Shown here piece by piece: positions 1 through 11,823 of a stretch of 64,000 nt of DNA. Position 1 is the first letter of the stretch; each line of letters opens with the position of its first letter. Origin of the DNA: Clostridia bacterium. Lineage in GTDB: Bacteria > Bacillota > Clostridia > TANB77 > CAG-508. A program made the position numbers and the translations under genes. Under the pieces are notes generated by a model. It was not told where the DNA came from and searched no databases. It worked only from the letters and a program-made list of their open reading frames with translations. The DNA is taken from positions 42,242 to 106,241 of the forward strand of contig JAAWJM010000001.1 of the NCBI GenBank assembly GCA_022796855.1, given 5' to 3'.

Positions 1-50
1 CAGATTCTAATATAGAGATAATAGAAGAAGAACTTAAAAAGTCATTAGAA

Positions 51-1313
51 ATGAAAAAAGAGAACTGCAAAGTAATAGTAACTGGCTGTATTTTCTTTGT
101 AAAAGAGGAAAAGCGCAAGTTTTTGGAAAAATACAAGATTGATTATCTTGTACCTATGGAGAATCAAGTTGAGGAAATCTGCAAAATTTTAGACGTTATT
201 CCAAGTAATAGTGTTTATAATCATTATCAAATAATTGGAGAAGTAAAAATTGCGGATGGGTGCTTAAATCACTGTGCATTCTGTAGAATGCATTATTCCA
301 ACAGACCACTAAAAAGTGTTCCAATGGAAGAAATTACAGCTCAAGTAGAAGATTTGATTTCGAAAGGGATAAAATTTCTCCGAATTGTCGGTTTGAATAC
401 AATACAATATGGGCTTGATCTCTACGGTAAAAAGATGCTTCCCGTTCTTTTACAACGGATATCTAAAATAGAAGGTGTAAAAGGAATCGAAGTGTGGGAT
501 TGTGCGTTATCCGATATGGATGATGAAATTGCAAATGAAATATATTGTAATGATGTGGTTATAGCAATCAGTATGGATATGCAGTCAGGTAGTGATCCAT
601 TGTTAAAACGAATGAATGTTGGATTTGATGTAAAAAAAATAAGAAAATATTTTACATTGTTAAAAGACAAAATTCGTTATACACAGATTGTTACTGGGTT
701 TCCGGGGGAAACCGAGGAGGATGTAAAAAATACGGTAAGGCTACTACAAAAATTGCAAATATTTTATTTTAAAATTTCTAAATATGAAAATTCTAAAGAT
801 ACGCCATCAGGAAAAATGCAAGGGCTATCTTTAAGCGAAGTTATGGTGCATAATGCTGTTTACAACACAATGCAAAAACTATTGAGAGCTAATTGGAATA
901 TGAAACATAATGGGGAGCATTATGTTGGTTATGTGTCGAAAATTTCTCTTGAATCTTTTTGTGTATATTGCCCAGAACTTGGAGAAGTTAAAGTCTTTCA
1001 AGAAGGACAACGAAAATTAATGGATAAAGTAGAGGTACTCTTAGAAAATGGAAAATATTTATTCGTAAGAGTTGTCGAAGAGAGTACTAAAAAAACAGAT
1101 TTTCCAAAAGAAAGTTCAAACCAGTTAGTAGATTTCATGACAAATTTGAAGGACATAACAACAGATTTTACGATGCCAATTCCAGAAAGTTTTGCATTAT
1201 TAACTAGCATCTTCAATGAGTATGGTGGGCAAAATTTGGAAGAGGAAGACTTTAGAAAAGCAATTTCATTATTCCCAAAGGTTCTACAAGATGCTTTAAT
1301 GACGTTGTACTAA
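51..1313 (+). CDS. Radical SAM protein of the MiaB/RimO methylthiotransferase family; the N-terminal MTTase cysteines look degenerate.
   Basis: CxxxCxxC radical-SAM motif (CLNHCAFC) followed by a TRAM-like C-terminus. An in-frame stop at 12-14 means the start is inside the window. There is one in-frame CGG Arg codon at 456. Confidence 0.55.
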   Translation: MKKENCKVIVTGCIFFVKEEKRKFLEKYKIDYLVPMENQVEEICKILDVIPSNSVYNHYQIIGEVKIADGCLNHCAFCRMHYSNRPLKSVPMEEITAQVEDLISKGIKFLRIVGLNTIQYGLDLYGKKMLPVLLQRISKIEGVKGIEVWDCALSDMDDEIANEIYCNDVVIAISMDMQSGSDPLLKRMNVGFDVKKIRKYFTLLKDKIRYTQIVTGFPGETEEDVKNTVRLLQKLQIFYFKISKYENSKDTPSGKMQGLSLSEVMVHNAVYNTMQKLLRANWNMKHNGEHYVGYVSKISLESFCVYCPELGEVKVFQEGQRKLMDKVEVLLENGKYLFVRVVEESTKKTDFPKESSNQLVDFMTNLKDITTDFTMPIPESFALLTSIFNEYGGQNLEEEDFRKAISLFPKVLQDALMTLY

Positions 1314-1351
1314 GTTTAGTGTATATGAAATAAGAAAGTAATGAAAAAAGA

Positions 1352-1395
1352 AAAGAGAACGAATAACCCAAATATGGAATTCGCTCTCTTTTTAC
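1352..1395 (+). terminator. Rho-independent terminator after the radical-SAM gene.
   Basis: Imperfect stem gagaacgaat...attcgctctc followed by TTTTT. Confidence 0.5.
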
Positions 1396-1576
1396 TTGTC
1401 TTGAAAAAATGTACAAAAACAATATGGTGTGTGAATTAAAAAAGCATAGTATATTGTTTATGCTCAGAGTCGAAAAATTGAAAAAATAAAAGTTTTACGA
1501 GTTTGGCAAGAAAAACTTGGGAAAAGATAAAAGATATGATACAATATACAAAGTTAAAAGAAAAGTAGGTGAACAG

Positions 1577-3629
1577 ATGATAGATTTAAACCAAGAGGTG
1601 CAGTTTGTAAAAGGAGTCGGTCCAAACCGTGTAAAGTTACTGAGTAGGTTAGAAATTCATACTTTAAAGGATTTAATTACGTATTATCCACGTGACCATG
1701 AAGATAGAAGCAAGGTAACAAAAATTGCAGATGCAATAGAGGGAGAAGAAGTGCTTATTCAGGCGGTTTGTGTATCGAAAATGAGTGAAATTCATACAAG
1801 GCGTAGGAATATGACCATTTATAAATTAATTGTAAGAGATGATACCGCAAGTGCGATTCTTACTTGGTATAACCAAAGTTATTTAAAAAGTCGATTTCAT
1901 TTAGGAGAGACGTATTCCTTTTTTGGGAAAGTAACCAAAAAAAATGGAGCCGTGGAAATGATGTCTCCTACCTTTGATGATGAGGGAAAAACGAAAAATA
2001 CGGGGAAGATTATTCCATTATATCCATTAACCTACCAGCTATCTCAAAATACCATCAGGCAAATTATTGAAAATGGGTTAAACATGGCAAAAGGGTATCT
2101 GCGAGAAACGTTGCCAGAAAACCTATTGCAAGAATATCGTTTACTAGGATTAGAAGAGGCAATTCGTAAAATCCATTTTCCGGAAAATTTTGATGAATTT
2201 ACTCTAGCAAGAAAAAGGCTGGTATTTGAGGAATTACTTAGTATGCAACTAGCACTTCTTACCTTAAAGAGCCAATATACAGGAGAAGAAAAAGGAATTG
2301 CTTTTTCCGAAGAAGCGAAGATGTCAGAGGTAATCAATAATCTACCATTTCATTTAACCAAAGCACAACTAAGGGTGTTAGAAGAAATTGATCATGATAT
2401 GGAAAAAGAAAAGCCAATGAACCGCTTATTACAAGGAGATGTTGGCTCACGGAAAAACAATTGTTAGTATTATTGCCGCCTATAAGGCAGTAAAGTCGGG
2501 TTATCAAATGACCATTATGGCACCAACTGCCATTTTAGCAAGCCAGCATATGGAGGAATATAAAAAGGTGCTAGAACCATTGGGAATTACTTGTGAATTG
2601 TTAACTAGTGGTATTACCAAAAAGAAAAAAGAAACTATTTTAGAAAGATTAGCAAATGGCGAAATTGATGTACTAATTGGAACCCATGCTATTTTAGAAG
2701 AAAATGTTGTATTTCGCAATTTAGGATTAGTGGTGACAGATGAACAACACCGTTTTGGGGTACGCCAAAGAAAAATCATTTCCGAAAAAGGAAAAAATCC
2801 AGATGTATTAGTTATGACCGCAACGCCAATTCCAAGAACCTTAGCCCTTATTTTATATGGAGACCTAGATATATCAATTATCGATGAATTACCACCAAAC
2901 CGAAAAAGGATTGATACATTTGCTGTTACCAAAGGATTAGAACAAAGGGTAAATAACTTTATAAAAAAACAAGTAGAAGAGGGAAGACAAGCTTATATTG
3001 TATGTCCACTAGTAGAAGAAAATGAAGAATTAAATTTAAAATCGGTTTTGGAACTTGCCGAAACATATAAAACAGAAGTATTTCCCGAATATCAAGTAGA
3101 ATACCTTCATGGAAAAATGAAAGCCAAAGAAAAAGATGCTATTATGGAGGAATTTAAAAATGGTAAAATTGACATCTTAATTGCAACGACTGTCATCGAA
3201 GTTGGAGTCAATGTACCAAATGCCAGTATCATGGTAATTGAAAATGCAGAACGTTTTGGGTTAGCACAACTCCACCAATTGCGTGGACGAGTAGGAAGAG
3301 GAGAGTATCAATCGTATTGTATTTTGAAATACCAAGGAAATTCTGAAATTATCCGTAAACGTATGAAGGTAATGAGTGAAACCAATGATGGTTTTGTCAT
3401 TTCCGAAAAAGACTTAGAATTAAGAGGTTCAGGAGAATTTTTTGGAACCAAACAACATGGACTTCCAGAATTCAAAATAGCCAACCTATTTGAAGACATG
3501 GAAGTATTAAAAATGGTACAAAGTTTAGTGGTTAAAATATTAGACAAAGATCCTAAATTAGAACAAGAAGAAAACAAATTATTAAAGCATATGGTAAAAG
3601 AAAAATTCCAAGACCGTATTGAAATATGA
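1577..3629 (+). CDS. recG: ATP-dependent DNA helicase RecG, interrupted by a +1 frameshift inside the Walker A motif at about 2450.
   Basis: N-terminal wedge-domain motifs (KGVGPNRVKLL, YYPRDHEDR). The first frame ends LLQGDVGSRKNNC*; the next frame reads GKTIV... Removing the C of tcaCggaaaa restores GDVGSGKT. The start at 1577 (MIDLNQ) has an aggtg SD. Confidence 0.85.
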
Positions 3630-3738
3630 AAAAAAAAGCTTGCATTTATTTACAAAATGTGGTAATATTTGATTATGTCAACGACAACAGAGCACGAAAT
3701 AGCATGCTAATATAGATGCTATAAAAAGGAGGAATCAA

Positions 3739-4443
3739 ATGAAAGATTACTATAGTGATGTAATCTTAGTACTGCGGGAGAATGGAATAAGGCAAATTGG
3801 TCAGGTGGGGAAAGAAATTTTAGCCCATATGATCATTGAAAAAATTCTTTCTCCTAATGCTACGTATGAGCAAATATGCGGAGCAGTCAAGGAAAAGAAG
3901 ATTGCAAAATGTATGGACCTTATACAAAAAGAGGATCTTATTTCTCGTTGTGATGGTTTATCGCAAGAAGAATGTTCGGTGTTATACTTAATAGAAGGGG
4001 TGGAAACACATGAATATTCTGATAATGGTAGAGATGTTATCAAAGTATACGTAGAAAAAATGTATACGAAAGTATTAAAGCGTCTGGAGTATGGGAAAAT
4101 TCTTCAAAGGGTACAGGAGTTAGGTTTAAGATATGATGAAATTGGTGTAAGACTTATGATAAGTATGGCATATCAATTTCGAATATTTCCTGAAACCTCA
4201 GAAGAATCCATATATTTGGGGTTAATGAAAGAATATAAACCCCAATATGTAAAAAACAAACTTCAGGAAGCTAAAAATACGTTAGCAGATATCAAAAACA
4301 GCCGGAATTTGGGATTGCCAACACAGAATGACATCATCAAAGAAGGAATTGATGAGATGATTTTACAGGTTGCGAAAGGCTCAACAGTGCTTTCTAAGTT
4401 TTCCAAAGTAGAAGATATCATCGGTGCAATATTAAATGTTTGA
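3739..4443 (+). CDS. Hypothetical protein.
   Basis: ORF with a good SD (aaaggagg). No recognisable motifs. Contains two in-frame CGG codons (3775, 4303). Confidence 0.5.
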   Translation: MKDYYSDVILVLRENGIRQIGQVGKEILAHMIIEKILSPNATYEQICGAVKEKKIAKCMDLIQKEDLISRCDGLSQEECSVLYLIEGVETHEYSDNGRDVIKVYVEKMYTKVLKRLEYGKILQRVQELGLRYDEIGVRLMISMAYQFRIFPETSEESIYLGLMKEYKPQYVKNKLQEAKNTLADIKNSRNLGLPTQNDIIKEGIDEMILQVAKGSTVLSKFSKVEDIIGAILNV

Positions 4444-4526
4444 AATCGCGCACAGGCTATGCCTGTGCGTTCTCCTTGACAAAAGAAGATTTTCATAATA
4501 TGATATAGGTATCAAAGAAAAAAAGG

Positions 4527-4730
4527 ATGTTGAAGGTTATGTTAAAAATGATATTAATTGGAATAGGGGTTGTAGTAGCAGTAGTAGGTGTTATTATGGT
4601 ATTTGATGCACGAAGATTAACCGAAAAACTATTTAGTTTTGGAGATCAAAACGAAGGAACAGCAGGAATGAAAATGATAGGATTTGTATTTGCTATCATT
4701 GGTGCATTACTGATTTATTTTAACATTTAG
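4527..4730 (+). CDS. Small membrane protein with two TM segments.
   Basis: Two hydrophobic helices. An upstream sigma-A-like promoter is present: TTGACA, 17 bp spacer, TATGAT at 4478-4510. Confidence 0.4.
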   Translation: MLKVMLKMILIGIGVVVAVVGVIMVFDARRLTEKLFSFGDQNEGTAGMKMIGFVFAIIGALLIYFNI

Positions 4731-4779
4731 GCTTGACAAGACTGCATTTACAGAGTAGAATAGGAATATACGAAAAACG

Positions 4780-5012
4780 AAGAAAAAGAGGAGTACATTT
4801 GCACTGTTTATTAGAGAGTAGAAACCATGGCTGAAAGTTTCTATTAAAAAAGACAAATGGAAGGTAGCTTTGGAGTTAATATTTTGAACAAATAGTAGAA
4901 ATATTCGTTTAAGCCACGTTACAAGCTAATTAAGATATGATGAAACACATCATCAATTAAGGTGGTACCGTGAACAATTGCTTCACCCTTATACAGGGGT
5001 GAGGCTTTTTTG
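4780..5012 (+). promoter_or_regulatory. T-box riboswitch leader of valS.
   Basis: Conserved T-box sequence aattaaGGTGGTACCGtg at 4955-4973. It overlaps an antiterminator and is followed by the terminator hairpin gcttcaccc..gggtgaggc plus TTTTTT (4979-5012). An AGAGA-type Stem I motif lies upstream. Confidence 0.8.
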
Positions 5013-5037
5013 ATATTAAAAAAGGAGGTTTTTTCGA

Positions 5038-7725
5038 TGAGTGAAAACAAACACAAATTATTAGACAAATATGAACCAAAAGAATTTGAAGAAAGATTGT
5101 ATGAAACTTGGGAAGAGAAGGGATATTTTAAGCCAAATGAAGAGGTAACAAAAGAACCCTTTACCATAATGATGCCACCACCAAATGTAACTGGAAAATT
5201 ACATATGGGGCATGCCTTAGATGGAACCATACAAGATATTTTAATCCGTTTTAAAAGAATGCAAGGCTATAAAACCCTATGGTTACCAGGAACCGACCAT
5301 GCTTCCATTTCAACAGAAATGAAAGTAGTAGAAAAACTAAAAAAACAAGGCATTAAAAAAGAAGATTTAGGAAGAGAAAAATTCATTGAAGAAGCGTGGG
5401 CTTGGACAAAAGAATATGGAGGAACCATACAACAACAACAAAGAAAACTAGGTTGTTCTTGCGATTGGGAACGAAATCGCTTTACCCTAGATGATGGAAT
5501 GAGTAATGCGGTTTTAGAGCAATTTGTTAAACTATATGAAAAAGGATTAATCTATAAAGGAAAACGTATGGTAAACTGGTGTACCAGTTGTAACACTTCT
5601 ATTTCAGATGCAGAAGTAGAATACAAAGAAGAATCATCTAAGCTTTGGCACATTCGTTACCAAATAAAAGGCGAAAACCGTTATATTACCGTTGCTACTA
5701 CAAGACCAGAAACAATGCTTGGAGATACAGCAGTTGCTGTTCATCCAAGTGATGAGCGATACCAAGATTTAATCCGGTAAAACTTGTATTTTACCAATTA
5801 TGGATAAGGACATTCCAATTATTGCCGATGAATTTGTAGAAAAGGACTTTGGAACGGGTTGTGTAAAAATTACTCCAGCCCATGATATTAATGACTATCA
5901 AGCAGGATTACGCCATAACCTAGAAGTAATTGATGTATTTGATGAGAATTTCAAAATGGGAAATTTGGTACCAGAATATCAAGGAATGGAACTACTAGAA
6001 GCACGTAAACGAATTGTAGAGAAATTAAAACAAATTGGTGCTTTGGTAAAAGAAGAAGATTATACTCATAATGTAGCAAAATGCGAACGTTGTAAACATA
6101 CCATTGAACCTAAAATTTCAACCCAGTGGTTTGTTAGTATGAAGGATTTAGCAAAAAGAGCAGCAGATGCGGTAAGAAATGGTGAAACGAAATTTGTACC
6201 AAAACGCTATGAAAAACAATATTTCCATTGGTTAGATAATATACAAGACTGGTGTATTTCTCGCCAATTATGGTGGGGGCATCGAATTCCAGCATACTAC
6301 TGTGATGCTTGTGGGGAAATTCATGTAGCAAAAACCATGCCAACAGTATGTAAAAAATGTGGAAACACGCATTTAACCCAAGATCCAGACACCTTAGATA
6401 CATGGTTTAGTTCAGCCCTATGGCCATTTTCTACCTTAGGTTGGCCAAATGAAAATAGTGAAGATTACAAACAATTTTATCCAACGAGTGTATTGGTAAC
6501 TGGATTTGATATTATTACGTTCTGGATTTCAAGAATGATGACACAAGGATTAGAATTTACAAATAAAGTACCATTCAAAGATGTATTAATCCATGGTATT
6601 GTAAGAGATTCAGAAGGACGAAAAATGTCAAAAACATTAGGAAATGGAGTTGACCCAATTGATGTGATAAATGAATATAGTGCAGATGCACTAAGATTTT
6701 CCGTTATTTCTGGGACGACAATGGGAAATGATATTCGTTACATGCCAGAAAAATTAGACCAAGCTTCGAACTTTGCTAATAAAATCTGGAATGCTGCTAA
6801 GTTTATTACTATGAATTTAAGTGAAGATGAAAAAATCATGGCATTTTCTGAAAAAATAAAAGATAAAGAAACTGGAATATATAGGTCAGAATTCTTGAAA
6901 ATAGAAGACCGATGGATTTTGCATAAACTAGACAATTTAATTAAAGAAGTAACTGGGAATTTAGAAAACTATGATTTAGGAATTGCACTAGACAAAATTT
7001 ATAATTTTATTTGGAATGAATTTTGTGATTGGTATATCGAAATCGCAAAATCAAGGTTATACAGTCAAAATGAAGAAGAAAAAGTACAAGTAAGCTTTGT
7101 ATTAAACTATGTATTTGGAGATAGCTTAAAATTACTACATCCATTTATGCCATTTATCACATCAGAAATCTATTCAAAATTAGTAAATTATGATGACAAG
7201 GATTTAATGGTAACACATTGGCCAAAAACAAAGAAAAGAGTAGAATATAATGAAACAAAAGACTTTTTAGAAAACCTAAAACAAATTATTATTGGTATTC
7301 GTAATGTAAGAGCAAACATGAATGTACACCCATCTAAAAAAGCAAACCTAATTTTTGTAACCAAAGACTACCAAGGACAAATAAAAGAAGCCAAAGAATA
7401 CATTGCAAAACTAGGTTTCGGAAACGAAATTATCATACAAGAAACAAAGAAAGACATTCCACAAAATGCCATTTCCATTCTAGCCGACGGTATGGAAGTA
7501 TTTATGCCATTTGAAGACCTAGTAGACCTAAAAGAAGAAAAAAATCGTTTACAAAAAGAAAAAGAAAAACTAGAAAAAGAAGTAGAAAGAGGAGAAAAAA
7601 TGCTATCTAACCCAGGCTTTACAAGTAAAGCCCCAGAAAGCAAAATACAAGAAGAAAAAGAAAAACTAGCAAAATACGAAGAAATGCTAAAAATAACAGC
7701 AGAGAGGCTAAAAAACTTGCAATAA
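5038..7725 (+). CDS. valS: Valine--tRNA ligase, interrupted by a +1 frameshift at about 5774.
   Basis: HMGH (HIGH-type) motif, KMSKT motif and a C-terminal coiled coil. The first frame ends ERYQDLIR*. Removing one C from atcCggtaaa gives DLIGKTCILP...[25 protein letters not shown], which is the canonical ValRS sequence. Confidence 0.9.
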
Positions 7726-7794
7726 TTATGAGGCACCCATGCATGCTTATATCGATATTAAGTGTTTTGTAACAAAGATATAAGCAAAGAAAGG

Positions 7795-7840
7795 CAAGAG
7801 CGACTGTAACATGTGTGACAGTTGCTTTTGCTTTTACAAA
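7795..7840 (+). terminator. Rho-independent terminator after valS.
   Basis: Inverted repeat gcgactgtaacatgtgtgacagttgc followed by a T-run. Confidence 0.5.
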
Positions 7841-7936
7841 AAATTGGCTGAATATAGGTTTGCATTTTACATAAAAAAGTAGTATAATATAGATAGGGAA
7901 ATTTTGTATTAAAGGTTCAATCAGGAGGAAAAGAAA

Positions 7937-8158
7937 ATGACACAAAGAATAAAAATGAAAAAAGTGTGCAAAATTTGCAGAGGAACACAGCAGAATCCTT
8001 GTAGCGTTTGTAAAGGTTTTGGATACAAACCCAATAATCCTATTTATAGGGTGGTAAATGCCTACAGAGAAGAGTTGGAAACCTGTAGCTGCTGCGGGGG
8101 GGAAGGCAAAGTGAATTGTGTCTGCGTAACAAAGAAAGGTGAACCGAAGAAAAACTAG
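7937..8158 (+). CDS. Small Cys-rich zinc-ribbon protein with DnaJ-type CxxCxGxG repeats.
   Basis: The 73 aa contain CKICRGTQ, CSVCKGFG, CSCCGGEG and CVC. Strong SD (aggagg) and an upstream TTGCAT..TATAAT promoter. Confidence 0.55.
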   Translation: MTQRIKMKKVCKICRGTQQNPCSVCKGFGYKPNNPIYRVVNAYREELETCSCCGGEGKVNCVCVTKKGEPKKN

Positions 8159-8269
8159 AAGAGCCGTTATGGCTCTTTTAGTTTTTAGTAGAAAAATTTG
8201 AGTAAACTCTTGACAAACGAGAAAAAATAGTGTAAAGTATATTAGCATTACAAAATAAGAGGTAATCAT

Positions 8270-8617
8270 ATGGAGAAAAATGTTAAGATAAGTATGCTAT
8301 GCCAAATTTATGGAAAATTGTTAACTGATAAGCAATTAAATGTGTTAGAGGATTATTATAATAATGATTATTCTTTATCCGAAATTGCAGAGAATTATCA
8401 GATAACAAGGCAAGCAGTAAGAGACAATATCATGAAGGGGGAAGCAAAACTTTTCGAATATGAAGAAAAGCTAGGGATGATGAAAAAAACATTAGAACAA
8501 GAACAACAAATTGAAAAAATACTTTCAGAATTAGCGAAAATTGAAACGAAATTTTCGGATAAGAAGATTGCTAGTATTTTAGAACATGTGAAAAAAGAAT
8601 TGAATTGTTTGGTATAA
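8270..8617 (+). CDS. ylxM: YlxM/UPF0122 putative DNA-binding protein; the ffh operon leader gene.
   Basis: Sigma-70 region-4-like HTH (LSEIAENYQITRQAVRD). Conserved position immediately upstream of ffh. Confidence 0.8.
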   Translation: MEKNVKISMLCQIYGKLLTDKQLNVLEDYYNNDYSLSEIAENYQITRQAVRDNIMKGEAKLFEYEEKLGMMKKTLEQEQQIEKILSELAKIETKFSDKKIASILEHVKKELNCLV

Positions 8618-8641
8618 CCCAACAATCATAGAGGAGGAATT

Positions 8642-9991
8642 ATGGCTTTTGAAGGATTATCTTCAAGATTACAAGAAATAACAAGAAAGTTTAAGGGAAA
8701 GGCAAGAGTTACAGAGAGTGACCTAAAAGATATGCTAAGAGAAGTAAAACTTGCTATGTTAGAGGCAGATGTTAATTATAAAATTGTAAAAGATTTTATG
8801 ACAAGTGTCAATGAAAAGGCACTTGGGCAAGAGGTATTAAAGTCACTAACACCGGGACAACAAGTCATCAAAATTGTAAAAGATGAACTTGTAGAACTAC
8901 TAGGAGGAACGGAAAGTAAAATTGGGTTTAACCCAAATCCGCCTACAATTATCATGTTAGTAGGTCTTCAAGGTTCTGGAAAAACGACAACAGCAGGAAA
9001 ACTTGCTAATTTATTAAGAAAACAAGGGAAAAATCCGTTGTTAGTTGCTTGTGACGTATATCGTCCAGCTGCCATAAAACAATTACAAGTAGTAGGAAAA
9101 CAATTAAATATTCCTGTTTTTGCAAACGAAGAATCCAAAGATGTAGTGCATATTGCCAAACAAGCCATGAATGTTGCTATTTCCAAACTAAATGATGTAG
9201 TCATTATTGATACCGCAGGTCGATTACATATTGATGAAGAATTGATGAAAGAACTAAAAAATCTAAAATCCAATGTAAAACCATATGAAATTTTATTAGT
9301 AGTAGACGCCATGACAGGGCAAGATGCTGTAAATGTAGCAACTTCCTTTAATGAAGAAATTGGAATTGATGGGGTAATCCTAACCAAATTAGATGGTGAT
9401 ACTCGTGGTGGTGCTGCATTATCGGTAAAAAAGGTAACAGGAAGACCAATCAAATTTGCAGCTACCGGAGAAAAATTAAGCGATATTGAAGTATTTCATC
9501 CAGAACGTATGGCATCTAGAATTCTAGGCATGGGAGATGTGCTTTCCATTATAGAAAAGGCAGAAGAAGCTTTTGATGAAGAAGAAGCCTTAAAACTAGA
9601 ACAAAAACTAAGAAAGCAAGAATTTGATTTAGATGATTACTTAACACAATTAAGGCAAATGAAAAAAATGGGTTCATTTTCGTCTATTTTGAAAATGATT
9701 CCGGGAATGAATGCCCTAAAAGATATTAAAATCGATGATAAAGAATTTGTAAGAATAGAAGCAATTATTTGTTCTATGACCAAAAAAGAAAAAAGAAATC
9801 CCAAAATACTAAATGGTTCTAGAAGAAAAAGAATTGCAACAGGTGCAGGAGTAACTGTACAAGAAGTAAATAAATTTATGAATTCTTTCGAAATGACACA
9901 GAAAATGATGAAGAAAATGAAAAACAACAAAGGTATGAAAAACATGTTAAAAGGCATAAATCCAGAGGACTTGAAGGGATTTAAAATGTAA
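8642..9991 (+). CDS. ffh: Signal recognition particle protein Ffh.
   Basis: NG-domain GTPase motifs (GLQGSGKTTT, DTAGR, TKLDGD) and a Met-rich M domain. Confidence 0.95.
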   Translation: MAFEGLSSRLQEITRKFKGKARVTESDLKDMLREVKLAMLEADVNYKIVKDFMTSVNEKALGQEVLKSLTPGQQVIKIVKDELVELLGGTESKIGFNPNPPTIIMLVGLQGSGKTTTAGKLANLLRKQGKNPLLVACDVYRPAAIKQLQVVGKQLNIPVFANEESKDVVHIAKQAMNVAISKLNDVVIIDTAGRLHIDEELMKELKNLKSNVKPYEILLVVDAMTGQDAVNVATSFNEEIGIDGVILTKLDGDTRGGAALSVKKVTGRPIKFAATGEKLSDIEVFHPERMASRILGMGDVLSIIEKAEEAFDEEEALKLEQKLRKQEFDLDDYLTQLRQMKKMGSFSSILKMIPGMNALKDIKIDDKEFVRIEAIICSMTKKEKRNPKILNGSRRKRIATGAGVTVQEVNKFMNSFEMTQKMMKKMKNNKGMKNMLKGINPEDLKGFKM

Positions 9992-10049
9992 GAACGTCAT
10001 TCAATTTTTAAATTTATAAATAAATACATTTACAGGAGGTGAATAAAAA

Positions 10050-10283
10050 ATGGTAAAAATCAGATTACAAAGAGTAGGTGCAAAAAAAGCCCCATTCTAT
10101 CATATTGTTGTTGCAGATTCAAGAAGAGCAAGAGATGGAAAAATTATTGAACAAATTGGTACATACAATCCAATGACAGAACCATCTACTATCGTACTTA
10201 ATAAAGAAAAAGTAGAAACATGGATCAAAAATGGTGCAAAACCAACCGATACCGTAAAAGCTTTAATTGAAAAAGCAAACTAG
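10050..10283 (+). CDS. rpsP: 30S ribosomal protein S16.
   Basis: [31 protein letters not shown] is the canonical S16 N-terminus. Confidence 0.95.
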   Translation: MVKIRLQRVGAKKAPFYHIVVADSRRARDGKIIEQIGTYNPMTEPSTIVLNKEKVETWIKNGAKPTDTVKALIEKAN

Positions 10284-10296
10284 GAGGAGCAAATTT

Positions 10297-10530
10297 ATGA
10301 AAGAAATGCTTGAAATTATGATTAAAAACTTAGTTGCCAGTCCAGAACAAGTTCAAATTACGGAAGACCAAAAAGAAAATGTGATACAATTTCATGTAAA
10401 AGTAGCAGATTCAGATATGGGAAAAGTAATTGGAAAACAAGGAAGAATTGCAAAAGCAATTCGTACTGTTGCAAAAGCAATTGGAAGCAAAGAAAACCAA
10501 AAAGTAAATATTGAATTTATAGAAGATTAA
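10297..10530 (+). CDS. KH-domain RNA-binding protein (YlqC-like).
   Basis: KH motif VIGKQGRIAKAIRTV. Start chosen at MKEMLEIM with an aggagg SD. The track ORF starting at 10267 overlaps rpsP. Confidence 0.8.
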   Translation: MKEMLEIMIKNLVASPEQVQITEDQKENVIQFHVKVADSDMGKVIGKQGRIAKAIRTVAKAIGSKENQKVNIEFIED

Positions 10531-10539
10531 GGAAGCAAA

Positions 10540-11046
10540 ATGGAAACATTAATGGAAATTGGTCAAATTGTAAATACTTATGGAATAAAGGGATTTGTAA
10601 AAGTACAACCTTTTACAGATAATATACGTCGTTTTGAAGACCTAAAACAAATTTATCTTCAATTAAAAAAAGGCTTAGAAACCTTTGAAATTGAAGAAAT
10701 AAAGTATCATAAACAGATGGTATTATTAAAACTAAAAGGAATTGATGATATTAACGAAGCAGAAAAATACCGAAATTGTTATCTAAAAATAGAACGTAAA
10801 GATGCAGTAAATTTACCAGAAGACACTTATTTTATTGCCGATTTGTTAGAGATAGAAGTTACGACAGAAGAAGGAGAAATGTTAGGAAAAATTACCGATG
10901 TTTATCCAACGGGGAGTAACGATATTTATGTGGTAAAAAATGAGCAAGGAAAACAAATTTTATTACCAGCCATTCGGGCAAGTCGTAAAAAAAGTGGATA
11001 TTGACAATAAACAAATGATAGTTCATTTGTTAGAGGGTTTAAGATA
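10540..11046 (+). CDS. rimM: Ribosome maturation factor RimM, with a +1 frameshift near the C-terminus at about 10975.
   Basis: RimM N-terminal domain (IGQIVNTYGIKGFVKV). The track ORF ends ...AIRASRKKSGY* at 11004. Removing the C in attCgggca gives ...AIGQVVKKVDIDNKQMIVHLLEGLR*, the expected PRC-barrel tail, with its stop at 11044-11046. Confidence 0.8.
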
Positions 11047-11082
11047 AGAATGGGTATTTTGTAGAAAGGAATAAACCAAAAA

Positions 11083-11803
11083 ATGAAATTTGATGTTTTA
11101 ACCTTATTTCCTGAAATGTTTACACCACTGAAGGAAAGTATCATTGGAAGAGCTGTGAAAAACAATTATATTGAGGTAAATACAATTAATATAAGAGAGT
11201 TTTCAAAAGATAAGCATTTAAAAGTAGATGATACACCTTATGGTGGTGGAGCAGGAATGGTAATAAGACCAGATATTGTATATGATGCCTACCTTTCGGT
11301 AAAAAAGGAACATTCCAAAGTAATTTATTTAACACCACAAGGCAAAACCTTAAACCAAGAAAAAGTGCAAGAATTGGCCAAAAGCGACCATATCATTCTT
11401 TTATGTGGACATTATGAAGGCATTGATCAAAGAGTAATTGATGAAATTGCTCCAGAGGAAATTTCAATTGGTGATTATGTTCTAACAGGAGGAGAGCTTC
11501 CAGCCATGGTGGTAATGGATAGTGTTGCAAGATATGTAAATGGAGTGCTAAGTAGTGATTCGATAAAAGAAGAATCGTTTGTTAGTGGCAAACTAGAATA
11601 TCCGCAATACACAAGACCAGAAGTTTTTAAGAATAGAGAAGTACCTAAGATTTTAAAATCTCGGTCATCATGAAAACATTGAAAAATGGAGAAGAGAAAA
11701 GTCGTTAGAAATAACCTATCAAAAAAGACCAGATTTATTAAGGAAAGAAAATCTTACCAAAGAAGAATTAGAATATATCAGAAATTTGAAAGAAAAAAAT
11801 TAG
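11083..11803 (+). CDS. trmD: tRNA (guanine37-N1)-methyltransferase TrmD, with a +1 frameshift at about 11662.
   Basis: SPOUT-knot motifs. The track ORF ends ...KILKSRSS*. Removing the C in tctCggtcat gives ...[27 protein letters not shown]..., the canonical TrmD C-terminus, with its stop at 11801-11803. Confidence 0.85.
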
Positions 11804-11823
11804 AAAAGGAGGAAAATTTTCAA

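Noticed and set aside
7619-8269. A 216-aa minus-strand ORF antisense to the valS 3' end and the zinc-ribbon gene.
   Set aside because: It has a low-complexity hydrophobic translation. It overlaps two well-supported plus-strand genes and has no RBS. It is an antisense artefact of AT-rich sequence.
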